The notes under the pieces: generated by a model
What the model saw: only the letters and a program-made list of their open reading frames with translations
Database searches by the model: none
Told to the model about the DNA's origin: nothing
Made by a program: the position numbers and the translations under genes
Shown here: piece by piece, positions 36,622-44,857 of the stretch
Position numbering within the stretch: the first letter of the stretch is position 1
Layout of the letters: each line of letters begins with the position of its first letter
NCBI GenBank assembly: GCA_963697725.1
Contig: OY969096.1
Span: 1,947,438-2,011,437 of the forward strand
Source: an uncultured Solirubrobacteraceae bacterium
GTDB taxonomy: Bacteria > Actinomycetota > Thermoleophilia > Solirubrobacterales > Solirubrobacteraceae
Length of the DNA stretch: 64,000 bases
Direction: 5' to 3'

Positions 36622-37322
36622 GCCGGCTCGTCGCCGCCGACGTCCCCCTCGTCCGCATCGGCATCGGGGGAGCTCTCCGCGTCGGACTCGGCGCCGGCCT
36701 GCGACTGCGGGCCGGAGTCCGTGGCGTCCTCCGCGAGCGCCTCCGGCTCGATGTCGGCCTGCTCGTCCGTGGCGTCATCGCTGCCCGCCTTGGCGCCCCC
36801 GCCGGGCGCCGCTTGTGTCTGCTCAACCTCGGCGCCCGCCTCCACGGTCGCCTGCTCCTCCGCCGTCTCGACGGCGGCGTCCTGCTCAAGCACCGTCTCC
36901 TCCGCCGTCAAGCCGTCCGCGTCGGTGGCTCCCGCCGGCTCGTGCAGCAGACCCGGCTCGACGATCTCCTCTGGTCCGGAGTAGCGACGCTCGCGCACAC
37001 GCGCGCGCTTGCCAACCCGATCGCGCAGGTAATAGAGCTTGGCGCGGCGCACGTCGCCGCGCGCGGCCAGCTCGATCCGCTCGATCTTCGGCGAGTGCAC
37101 CGGGAACATACGCTCGACCCCGACGCCGAAGGACTGCTTGCGCACGGTGAACGTCTCGCGAATGCCGTGACCCTGGCGCTTGATCACAACCCCCTCGAAG
37201 ACCTGCACGCGGCGTCGCGAACCCTCGATGACCTGGAAGTGCACCTTCACACGGTCGCCCGGGGCGAAGCTGGGAACGCGGCGCAGTTGCGCGCGCTCGA
37301 TGGTTTCGATAACGCTGCTCAT
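36618..37322 (-). CDS. rplS: 50S ribosomal protein L19 with long acidic C-terminal extension
   Basis: [47 protein letters not shown]; about 120 extra C-terminal residues. Confidence 0.95.
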   Translation of the reverse strand: MSSVIETIERAQLRRVPSFAPGDRVKVHFQVIEGSRRRVQVFEGVVIKRQGHGIRETFTVRKQSFGVGVERMFPVHSPKIERIELAARGDVRRAKLYYLRDRVGKRARVRERRYSGPEEIVEPGLLHEPAGATDADGLTAEETVLEQDAAVETAEEQATVEAGAEVEQTQAAPGGGAKAGSDDATDEQADIEPEALAEDATDSGPQSQAGAESDAESSPDADADEGDVGGDEPA

Positions 37323-37338
37323 AACGGTTGCGAGGTGG

Positions 37339-37396
37339 CGCCGTGTCCCGGGCGGGCTGCTGCTGCAGTCCCCGGCCGGCGCGGCATGGAATGGTA
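37339..37396 (-). promoter_or_regulatory. rplS leader: -10 TACCAT followed by a three-helix stem-loop
   Basis: Nested pairings CGCCG/CGGCG, CCGGG/CCCGG, CTGC/GCAG within 37339-37381. Confidence 0.45.
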
Positions 37397-37419
37397 GCGG
37401 ACCGTCCACCAGCGCAGCG

Positions 37420-38151
37420 TCACTGCACCGACGCGGCGTCGTCCGTCGGCGCGTCGTACGCGCCCTCGGCCTCCCGCTGGCGCTCGCCTCGTTCGCGGCT
37501 GCGCTCCGCGCGCCAGCGCTCGATCTTGGCGTGGTGGCCCGAGAGCAGCACATCCGGCACGCCCCAGCCCCGATGCTCGGCCGGGCGCGTGTAGTGGGGG
37601 TACTCGGGATTTCCCTGAAGCGCAGGGCTGAAAGACTCCTCGACCGCTGAGCGCTCATCACCCAGCGCGCCCGGGAGCTTGCGGAGCACCGCATCGCTGA
37701 GCACCATCGCCGCGAGCTCGCCGCCCGAGAGCACGTAGCGCCCAATCGAGACGACATCGCTGCAGAAGTGCTCGACGATCCGCTCGTCAAAGCCCTCGTA
37801 GCGACCGCACAGGAGCGTCAGCGCCGGCTCAGCCGCGAGCTGATCGACCAGCGCGTCATCCAGCATGCGCCCGCCCGGCGCGAGCGCGATCACTCGCCGC
37901 TGCCGCGGCAGCTCCACGGGGTCGATCCCGTAGCGCGCGTGCAGCGCCGCTTCGATCACGTCGATGCGCAGCACCATCCCCGCCCCGCCCCCGAACGGCG
38001 TGTCGTCGACCTGTCCTCCGCTCAAGGTCGAATGCTCGCGGATCCCCACCGGGGTCAGCCGCGATCCCGATGCGAGCGCGTTGACGACGTGGCGTTGCTC
38101 TGAGAACCAGTCGAACCACTCGGGGAACAGCGTGAAGACGTCGATCTCCAT
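37420..38151 (-). CDS. trmD: tRNA (guanine37-N1)-methyltransferase
   Basis: [54 protein letters not shown]. Confidence 0.97.
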   Translation of the reverse strand: MEIDVFTLFPEWFDWFSEQRHVVNALASGSRLTPVGIREHSTLSGGQVDDTPFGGGAGMVLRIDVIEAALHARYGIDPVELPRQRRVIALAPGGRMLDDALVDQLAAEPALTLLCGRYEGFDERIVEHFCSDVVSIGRYVLSGGELAAMVLSDAVLRKLPGALGDERSAVEESFSPALQGNPEYPHYTRPAEHRGWGVPDVLLSGHHAKIERWRAERSRERGERQREAEGAYDAPTDDAASVQ

Positions 38152-38161
38152 CGCGCCTCGC

Positions 38162-38683
38162 TCAGGCCCCGCGGGCATCGTCGAGACCCAGAAAGTCCGC
38201 GTCTACCGTCACGCGCCGCGCAGTGGCGTCGATTTCATGGATCGCGTCTCTGACCATCGGCACAAGCAGCGGTTCGGCGTCGGTCTCGCGGCGCACCTCC
38301 AGCGCCTCGCAGGAAGGCAGCTCGAGCATGCGCGCGACCCTGCCAAGCAGACGATCGCCCGCGAACACCTCGCAGCCCTCCAGCTCATGCGCCCACCACT
38401 CGCCCTCTCCCAGTTGCGGCGCCTCGATGCTCTGAACCGTCAGCCGCTCTCCACGCAGCTGCTCGGCTGCCGTGCGGTCGCCCACGCCCTGTAGGCGCAC
38501 GATCGGATGCGCGTCGGTGCCGGCGCGGCGCACGATCTCGGCGCTGCGTCCGCGCACGATGACGCTCGCGCCAAGCGTTAGTAGACGCGGCACGGGACCG
38601 GTCACATAGAAGCTGCCGTCGAGGCCATGCGCCCGCCCAACGCGGCCGGCCGGCAGCTCAGTCGACGATGTCGACGAGCACAT
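38162..38683 (-). CDS. rimM: Ribosome maturation factor RimM
   Basis: [26 protein letters not shown]; between KH gene and trmD; exact start uncertain. Confidence 0.9.
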   Translation of the reverse strand: MCSSTSSTELPAGRVGRAHGLDGSFYVTGPVPRLLTLGASVIVRGRSAEIVRRAGTDAHPIVRLQGVGDRTAAEQLRGERLTVQSIEAPQLGEGEWWAHELEGCEVFAGDRLLGRVARMLELPSCEALEVRRETDAEPLLVPMVRDAIHEIDATARRVTVDADFLGLDDARGA

Positions 38684-38936
38684 GACAGCCCTCGCCGGTC
38701 GCGGCAGCTTTCACGACCGTGCGCAGCGCGTGCGCGGTGCGCCCGCCACGACCAATCACTCTGCCGTAGTCCTCCGCGCCCACGCACAACTCGAGCACGA
38801 TCGTGCCGCGCTCGCCGTCGAAGCGCTCGACCGAGACCTCTTCGGGCTCATCGACCAGGCCTTCGGCCAGGTACTCCAGCAGTCGCCTAGGCACTTCGCC
38901 CGGCTGCTCCTGACCCGATGCCCTCGGCTCGCTCAT
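38658..38936 (-). CDS. khpA: KH-domain RNA-binding protein (KhpA/UPF0109)
   Basis: DYGRVIGRGGRTAHALRTVV; downstream of rpsP. Confidence 0.88.
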   Translation of the reverse strand: MSEPRASGQEQPGEVPRRLLEYLAEGLVDEPEEVSVERFDGERGTIVLELCVGAEDYGRVIGRGGRTAHALRTVVKAAATGEGCHVLVDIVD

Positions 38937-38969
38937 CTGAAGTCGCAGACCAGCATCGCCGCTCCGGCG

Positions 38970-39224
38970 TTAGCTGCCGTGGACCTCTATGCCTTGAATA
39001 CGCAGCAGCCTGCCCACCGTGTTCGTGGGCTGCGCCCCGCGCGCCAGCCAGCTGCGCGCGCGCTCCTCGTCGAGCACGATCGTCGAAGGGTCCGTCTGCG
39101 CGTTGTAGTGGCCGATCGTCTCGATCACGCGGCCGTCGCGCGGCGAGCGCTGGTCGGCGACGACGATGCGCCAGATCGGGTCCTTCTTGCCGCCCACACG
39201 CGTGAGCCTGAGCCTAACCGACAC
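38970..39224 (-). CDS. rpsP: 30S ribosomal protein S16
   Basis: VRLRLTRVGGKK, RIVVADQRSPRDGRVIETIGHY; GAGGA RBS before GTG 39224. Confidence 0.97.
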   Translation of the reverse strand: MSVRLRLTRVGGKKDPIWRIVVADQRSPRDGRVIETIGHYNAQTDPSTIVLDEERARSWLARGAQPTNTVGRLLRIQGIEVHGS

Positions 39225-39315
39225 TTTTTCCTCTCTGCTGGATACAGATGACTGCGAAGTTTGCGAAGCAGAGCTTAGACGGTGCGCCACGCCGAAGCGG
39301 AGCGAGGAGCCTCGA

Positions 39316-40650
39316 TTAGCGCGCGCCCCGCATCAGCGCGCCGATGTCCGGCATTTTGCCGCGGCCCACCTGGCGCATGATCTTGCGCGTCTGACCGAAC
39401 TGCTTGATCAGGCGGCTGACGGCCTGCACGCTCGTACCCGAGCCGCGCGCGATGCGCAGCCGGCGCGATCCCTTGATCAGCTCTGGCCGCCGGCGCTCCT
39501 CGCGCGTCATCGAGAGGATGATCGCCTGAATCCGGTCCAACTCGCGCTCGTCGACCTTCATGTTCTGCAGCTGATGGCCAGCGAGCCCGGGGATCATCCC
39601 AAGCAGGTTGGTGAGCGGCCCCATTTTGCGGATGCTCCTCAGCTGGCCTAGGAAATCATCGAGGTCGAACTCGTTGCGGCGGAGCTTGCGCTCCAGCGCG
39701 GCGGCGTCATCCTCGTCGAACTGGCGCTCGGCCTGCTCGATCAGCGTCATCACGTCGCCCATGCCGAGAATTCGCTGCGCCATGCGATCCGGGTGGAAGC
39801 GCTCGAACTGGTCGAGCTTCTCGCCCGTGGAGGCGAACAGGATCGGCTTGCCGGTCACAGCCTTGACCGACAGCGCCGCGCCACCGCGGGCATCCCCGTC
39901 GAGCTTGCTCATCACAACCCCGTCGAACTTGACGGCCTCGGCGAACTGCTCGGCCACATTGACCGCGTCCTGGCCGGTCATCGCGTCGACCACCAGCAGG
40001 ACGCTGTGCGGTTTGACTGCGCCTCGCATCCGCACCAACTCATCCATCAGCTCTCGATCGACGTGCAGACGACCGGCGGTGTCGACGATCAGCACGTCCT
40101 TACCGTCCTCGCGGGCCCGCTCCAGCGCCCACTTGGCGATCTCCACCGGGTCGCGATCGGTCCCCTGCTCATAGGCCTCGGCGCCCGCCTGGGTCGCGAC
40201 CTTGACGAGCTGCTCGATCGCCGCCGGGCGATACACATCGCAGGCAGCCACGGCCACAGCCGAGGAATGCTCCTCGCGCAGGTAGCGCGCCAGCTTGGCC
40301 GTCGCGGTCGTCTTGCCCGAGCCCTGCAGCCCGGCCATCAGGATCACGGTCGGCGGTTTCGGCGCGAAGCTCAGCCCCGCCGAGGCGCCGCCCATCAGAT
40401 CGGTCAGCTGCTCACCCACCAGCTTCACCACCTGCTGGCCGGGGTTCAGCCCGCCGACCACGTCCGCGCCCATGCAGCGCTCCTTCAGCTCCGCCGTGAA
40501 CTGGCGGACGACCTTGAAGTTGACGTCGGCCTCTAGCAGTGCGAGACGGATCTCGCGCATCGCCGCGTCGATGTCCTGCTCGGTCAGCGTGCCGCGGTTG
40601 CGGACATCCGTCAGCGTCGCCTGCAGTTTCTCACCGAGCGCGTCGAACAT
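39316..40650 (-). CDS. ffh: Signal recognition particle protein
   Basis: LLEADVN, GLQGSGKTT, DTAGR, DAMTGQ, KLDGDARGG, Met-rich M domain. Confidence 0.97.
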   Translation of the reverse strand: MFDALGEKLQATLTDVRNRGTLTEQDIDAAMREIRLALLEADVNFKVVRQFTAELKERCMGADVVGGLNPGQQVVKLVGEQLTDLMGGASAGLSFAPKPPTVILMAGLQGSGKTTATAKLARYLREEHSSAVAVAACDVYRPAAIEQLVKVATQAGAEAYEQGTDRDPVEIAKWALERAREDGKDVLIVDTAGRLHVDRELMDELVRMRGAVKPHSVLLVVDAMTGQDAVNVAEQFAEAVKFDGVVMSKLDGDARGGAALSVKAVTGKPILFASTGEKLDQFERFHPDRMAQRILGMGDVMTLIEQAERQFDEDDAAALERKLRRNEFDLDDFLGQLRSIRKMGPLTNLLGMIPGLAGHQLQNMKVDERELDRIQAIILSMTREERRRPELIKGSRRLRIARGSGTSVQAVSRLIKQFGQTRKIMRQVGRGKMPDIGALMRGAR

Positions 40651-40653
40651 GGG

Positions 40654-41703
40654 CTACCCGTCGCCGCGCGGGCGCTCGCGCCGGTGCGGCGGGGGTGAGG
40701 GACGCCCAGGGCTCTCGGGAGAGCCAGCTGCACCTGGGCCGAGCTGTCCACTGGACTGCTCGTCGCTGGCGCCCGCGCCCGAGGGGCCGCCGGGTCCGTC
40801 ATCGCCGCGGCGCAGCAGCGCCTCGCCGATCCCGCCGAAGGCCTGCGCGAACTCCGAGGGCACCACGAATACCTTGTTCGAGTCACCTTCAGCGAGCTGG
40901 GGCAGCATCTGCAGGTATTCGTAGCTGAGCAGCTCGCGATTCGGTTTGCCCTCGTGGATCGCGCTGAACACCGTGTCGATCGCCTTGGCTTCGCCCTCCG
41001 CACGCAGGATCGCCGCCTGGCGCTCGCCCTCTGCATCAAGGATCGCAGCCTGCTGGGCGCCTTCGGCGGTCAGCACCGCGGCCTGCTTGGCGCCCTCGGC
41101 GGTGAGGATCTGCGACTGCTTCTCGCCTTCGGCGGTCAGGATCGCGGCGCGGCGGTCGCGCTCGGCACGCATCTGCTTCTCCATCGCCGAGCGGATGTCC
41201 GGCGGCGGGTCGACCGACTTGATCTCGACACGGTTGATCCTGATCCCCCACTTGCCGGTGGCCTCGTCGAGCACTACGCGGAGCTCGGTGTTGACGTTCT
41301 CGCGCGCGGTCAGCGTCTTCTCCAGCGTCAGCCCGCCGATCACGTTGCGCAGCGTCGTCACCGTCAGCTGCTCGATCGCCTGCAGCGGGTTGGCAATTTC
41401 ATAGGAGGCCGAGCGTGGGTCGGTGATCGTGAAGTAGAGGACCGTCTCGATGCCGACGACCACGTTGTCTTCGGTGATCACCGACTGCGGCGAGAAGTTC
41501 ACGACCTGCTCGCGCAGGTCGACTAGCGGCTTCACGCGATCGATGAACGGCGTGATGATCGTCAGGCCCGGCTCGAGCGTGCGGCTATAGCGGCCGAGCC
41601 GCTCGACCACGCCCGCCCGCGCCTGCGGGATTACGCGAATCGTGCGCGCGGCGACGACCAGGGCAAAAACGACCACGACGATGATGACGATGAGAGCGAC
41701 CAT
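40654..41703 (-). CDS. SPFH/band 7 (stomatin-like) membrane protein
   Basis: VVERLGRY, QSVITEDN, LRNVIGGL, WGIRINRVEIK, MEKQMRAERDRRA. Confidence 0.93.
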   Translation of the reverse strand: MVALIVIIVVVVFALVVAARTIRVIPQARAGVVERLGRYSRTLEPGLTIITPFIDRVKPLVDLREQVVNFSPQSVITEDNVVVGIETVLYFTITDPRSASYEIANPLQAIEQLTVTTLRNVIGGLTLEKTLTARENVNTELRVVLDEATGKWGIRINRVEIKSVDPPPDIRSAMEKQMRAERDRRAAILTAEGEKQSQILTAEGAKQAAVLTAEGAQQAAILDAEGERQAAILRAEGEAKAIDTVFSAIHEGKPNRELLSYEYLQMLPQLAEGDSNKVFVVPSEFAQAFGGIGEALLRRGDDGPGGPSGAGASDEQSSGQLGPGAAGSPESPGRPSPPPHRRERPRGDG

Positions 41704-41724
41704 GGTGCTAGCTCCTTTCGAGCG

Positions 41725-42159
41725 CTAGTGCATCACGAGCGCTGTTGCGCCCCGTATCTCGACGACCTCTACCCGCTCGCCGGCGGGAATGACCTCGTGT
41801 TCGTCATAGCTGCGCGCGGTCCACACCTCACCGCCGTCGATCTTCACGCAGCCGACGCCCTCGTCGTTGGCGATCCGCTCCAGCACGACGGCTGGGCGAC
41901 CGACCAGCGCGGCAGCTCCGGTGCGGATCGATGGCGGTATGCGCCGGTGGCGCTGCGCCACCGGGCGCAGCGTGGCGAACACCATGGCCGACGCCACGAC
42001 GAACACGACCGCCGACAGCGCCGCGCCGACGCCGAGCAGGCCCAGGATCGCCGCGAGCCCGGCACCGAGGGCAAACGGCGCCAAGTAGAAGCCACCCTGG
42101 TGCATCTCCCCGACCCCGAGAACGCAGGCCGCAATTAGCCAGATGACCCACACGTCCAT
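41725..42159 (-). CDS. NfeD family (short, OB-fold) protein
   Basis: Hydrophobic N-terminus, GEVWTARS, GERVEVVEIRGATALV; canonical pairing with SPFH. Confidence 0.9.
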   Translation of the reverse strand: MDVWVIWLIAACVLGVGEMHQGGFYLAPFALGAGLAAILGLLGVGAALSAVVFVVASAMVFATLRPVAQRHRRIPPSIRTGAAALVGRPAVVLERIANDEGVGCVKIDGGEVWTARSYDEHEVIPAGERVEVVEIRGATALVMH

Positions 42160-42197
42160 AGCTTCAGGTTATCCCTCAGCGCCTGCCGCGGGGCGCA

Positions 42198-43220
42198 TCA
42201 GCTCTGCGCGATCAGGGCGCGGGCAAATTCCTCGGAATCGAACGGGCGCAGATCCTCGACGGACTCGCCCACGCCGATCAGCTTTACCGGCAACTCCAGC
42301 TCGCGCGCAATCGCCAGCGCGATACCGCCACGCGCGGTCCCATCCAGCTTCGTGAGAACCACGCCGCTGACCTCCGCCGCCTGCGCGAACAGCTTCGCCT
42401 GGCGCAACCCGTTCTGCCCCGTGGTGGCGTCGATCGTCAGCAGCGTCTCGTGTGGCGCGCCCTCGAGCTGGCGAGCGATCACCCGACGCACCTTGGTCAA
42501 CTCACCCATCAGGTCATCCTGGGTGTGCAGGCGCCCGGCGGTGTCGATGATCACCACGTCAACGTCACGCGCGCGGGCCTGCGCGATCGTCTCGAACGCC
42601 ACCGCACCCGGGTCTGATCCCGGCTCGCCGGTCACGATCTCGCATTCGGCCCGCCTTGCCCAGCCCTCGAGCTGCTCGCTAGCCGCCGCGCGGAACGTGT
42701 CGGCCGCGCCGAGCAGCACCGAGCGGCCGAGCTCGTGGCGCAGGTGCCACGCCAGCTTGCCGATCGTGGTCGTCTTGCCGGTGCCGTTGACGCCGACAGC
42801 CATGATCACCGTGGGGCGGCTGCGAAGGTCGATCCGAGCCTCCCCCACGCGCGTGGTCTCAGCCAGCAGCGCGACCAGACGCTCGCTCAGCGCCTCACCG
42901 CCCTCGAGCTCGCCGTCGGTGGCCTCAGCCTCCAGCGTGCCCACGACCGAGGCCGTCGTGCTCGCGCCGACGTCCGCCATGATCAACGCCTCCTCCAGGC
43001 GTTCCCAGGTCTGCTCATCGAGCGGGCCGAATAGCGTCGCCTGCACCTCGGCCCCGAGCGCCTGGCGCGTCTTGGACATGCTCTCGCGCAGGCGCTTGAA
43101 CAGCCCGCGTTTACGCCCCGGCTCCGCGTCCTGACCCTCGCCCGTGCCGCCGTCCGTGCTCGCGCGCCCATCGGGGGCTGCGTTTTGCAGGATGAACAGG
43201 TCGCTCCATTCGCGCGTCAC
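42198..43220 (-). CDS. ftsY: SRP receptor
   Basis: LIMADVG, GVNGTGKTTTIGKLA, DTFRAAA, DTAGRLH, TKLDGTARGG. Confidence 0.97.
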   Translation of the reverse strand: MTREWSDLFILQNAAPDGRASTDGGTGEGQDAEPGRKRGLFKRLRESMSKTRQALGAEVQATLFGPLDEQTWERLEEALIMADVGASTTASVVGTLEAEATDGELEGGEALSERLVALLAETTRVGEARIDLRSRPTVIMAVGVNGTGKTTTIGKLAWHLRHELGRSVLLGAADTFRAAASEQLEGWARRAECEIVTGEPGSDPGAVAFETIAQARARDVDVVIIDTAGRLHTQDDLMGELTKVRRVIARQLEGAPHETLLTIDATTGQNGLRQAKLFAQAAEVSGVVLTKLDGTARGGIALAIARELELPVKLIGVGESVEDLRPFDSEEFARALIAQS

Positions 43221-43246
43221 GGGCGGGCGAAGATATCAGCGCTGTC

Positions 43247-43273
43247 TTGAGCGCTCCGCCTGGATGCCGATAC
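43247..43273 (+). promoter_or_regulatory. Candidate sigma28/WhiG-type promoter TTGA-N15-GCCGATAC
   Basis: GCCGATAC ends 6 nt before ATG 43280; -35 matches TAAA at only 2/4. Confidence 0.4.
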
Positions 43274-43279
43274 GGAACC

Positions 43280-44857
43280 ATGGACAGCACACAGGGACCG
43301 TCGGGCGCCCACGTGCCCGCGTTGCGCCCTGCCGCCTGGCACCTGCCCAGGGTGAGGACGCGACGGCTGCTGTACCTCGGTCTGCTGCTGGGGGCGCCGC
43401 TGCTGCCACACCTGAGCAGCAACGTGTTCTTCTTCCCCGCCGTCTCCAACGGCTGGGTCTGCCTGCCCTTCTGCGCGCTGCTGCTACTGCCCCTGATTGA
43501 TCTGCGCTCGCTGCGGCGCCCCCTGGCGCTCGACCTGCTCGCGCTCGCCGCGCTGTCGATCTGCCTGGTGTGCTGGCGACAGTGGCGCGAGTGGCCGATG
43601 GTGCTCGCCTGTGCGCTGCTGCTCTATCTGGCGGCGCGCATGCTCGCGATTGCACGCACGCCCGATCGGCCCAGCGCGGCGAGCGCTCCCACCTCGGGGA
43701 GCGCGTCAGGCCCCGCCGACGCGAACCTGGACCGCGCGGCGCCCCAGGCACTTCAGCTCCCCAGCTCCTGGCTGCTGCTCGGCATCGCGGTGCTCGCCGC
43801 CGTCCACATTAGCTGGGCGCTCGCAGGGACCGCGCGCGTGGACGTCGGCGAAAGCGGCGTGCAGGGCGCACAGAGCATCCTGCACGGGGGTCCGCTGTAC
43901 GGACGGCTCGCCTCCGAAGCGCGCGTTGATCGCCATCTGGACACCTACGGGCCCGCCGACTACGAGGCCTACCTGCCGTTCGTGGGTCTCCTAGGGGGTG
44001 ACTACGGCGCGGCGCGGCTGACCACCGTGTTCTTCGACCTGCTAACCGCGCTCTTGTTGTTCCTGCTGGGACGACGCGTCAGGGGCCCGACGAGCGGAAT
44101 CGTGCTCGCCTACTGCTGGCTCGCGTTCCCGTTCACGCTGTACTGCGACGCGCTCGGCCTCAACGACCCAATTCTCGCGGCCGCGCTCGTCGGCACGCTG
44201 CTCGCAGCCGCCGCTCCGCTTCGGCGCGGTGCGGCGGCGGCGCTCGCGGTGTGGGTCAAGTTCAGCCCGCTAGCGCTGCTGCCGCTGCTGGCAACGCATG
44301 GAGCTAGTACTCAGGCCCGAGGCCGCGTACTGCGCTTCTGTTTCGCCCTCCTATTGGTGAGCGCGCTGCTGTTCATACCCGCGCTCCTACACGGCAGCCT
44401 CGCGACCTTCGCCTCGCGCAGCTTTGGCTTTCAGACCGGGCGCCCACCGTTCGTTTCGATCTGGTCGGTCCTGATCCAGCGATTCTCAGTCTCCGCACCG
44501 TCGATCGTGACCGCCTCCCGCGTCGCCCACGGCGTGCTCGCCGCGCTCACGGGCGCCCTGGCGCTCGCGCTGCCGCGCATTCGCCGACGCACCGATGTGG
44601 TTGGCCTGGCCGCGGCCTGCGCGGCGCTGATGATCGCGCTCGAGCTGTGCCTGAGCTACTACGCCTTTAGCTATGTGCTGTGGTTCGCGCCGCTGGTGCT
44701 CGTGGCGCTGATTCTCGACGCATTCCCTACCGAGCGCCAAGCTTCGGTGATGCGCGAGGACGCGGGCGGCTCAGGCGACCTCGGCGACCCCGGCCATCTC
44801 GGCCACCTCGTCGGCCACCTCCGCGGCCTGCGCCCGCTCAGCGGGCAATCGTCGTGA
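43280..44857 (+). CDS. GT-C glycosyltransferase, GT87/DUF2029-like
   Basis: HLDTYGPADYEAYLPF, LGLNDP, VKFSPL, many TM segments; antisense insertion between smc and ftsY with 87-bp 3' overlap on smc. Confidence 0.78.
   Translation: MDSTQGPSGAHVPALRPAAWHLPRVRTRRLLYLGLLLGAPLLPHLSSNVFFFPAVSNGWVCLPFCALLLLPLIDLRSLRRPLALDLLALAALSICLVCWRQWREWPMVLACALLLYLAARMLAIARTPDRPSAASAPTSGSASGPADANLDRAAPQALQLPSSWLLLGIAVLAAVHISWALAGTARVDVGESGVQGAQSILHGGPLYGRLASEARVDRHLDTYGPADYEAYLPFVGLLGGDYGAARLTTVFFDLLTALLLFLLGRRVRGPTSGIVLAYCWLAFPFTLYCDALGLNDPILAAALVGTLLAAAAPLRRGAAAALAVWVKFSPLALLPLLATHGASTQARGRVLRFCFALLLVSALLFIPALLHGSLATFASRSFGFQTGRPPFVSIWSVLIQRFSVSAPSIVTASRVAHGVLAALTGALALALPRIRRRTDVVGLAAACAALMIALELCLSYYAFSYVLWFAPLVLVALILDAFPTERQASVMREDAGGSGDLGDPGHLGHLVGHLRGLRPLSGQSS

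Noticed and set aside
39284-39315. GAAGCGGAGCGAGGAG resembling the start of the intergenic repeat
   Set aside because: Match too short and lacks the core and hairpin
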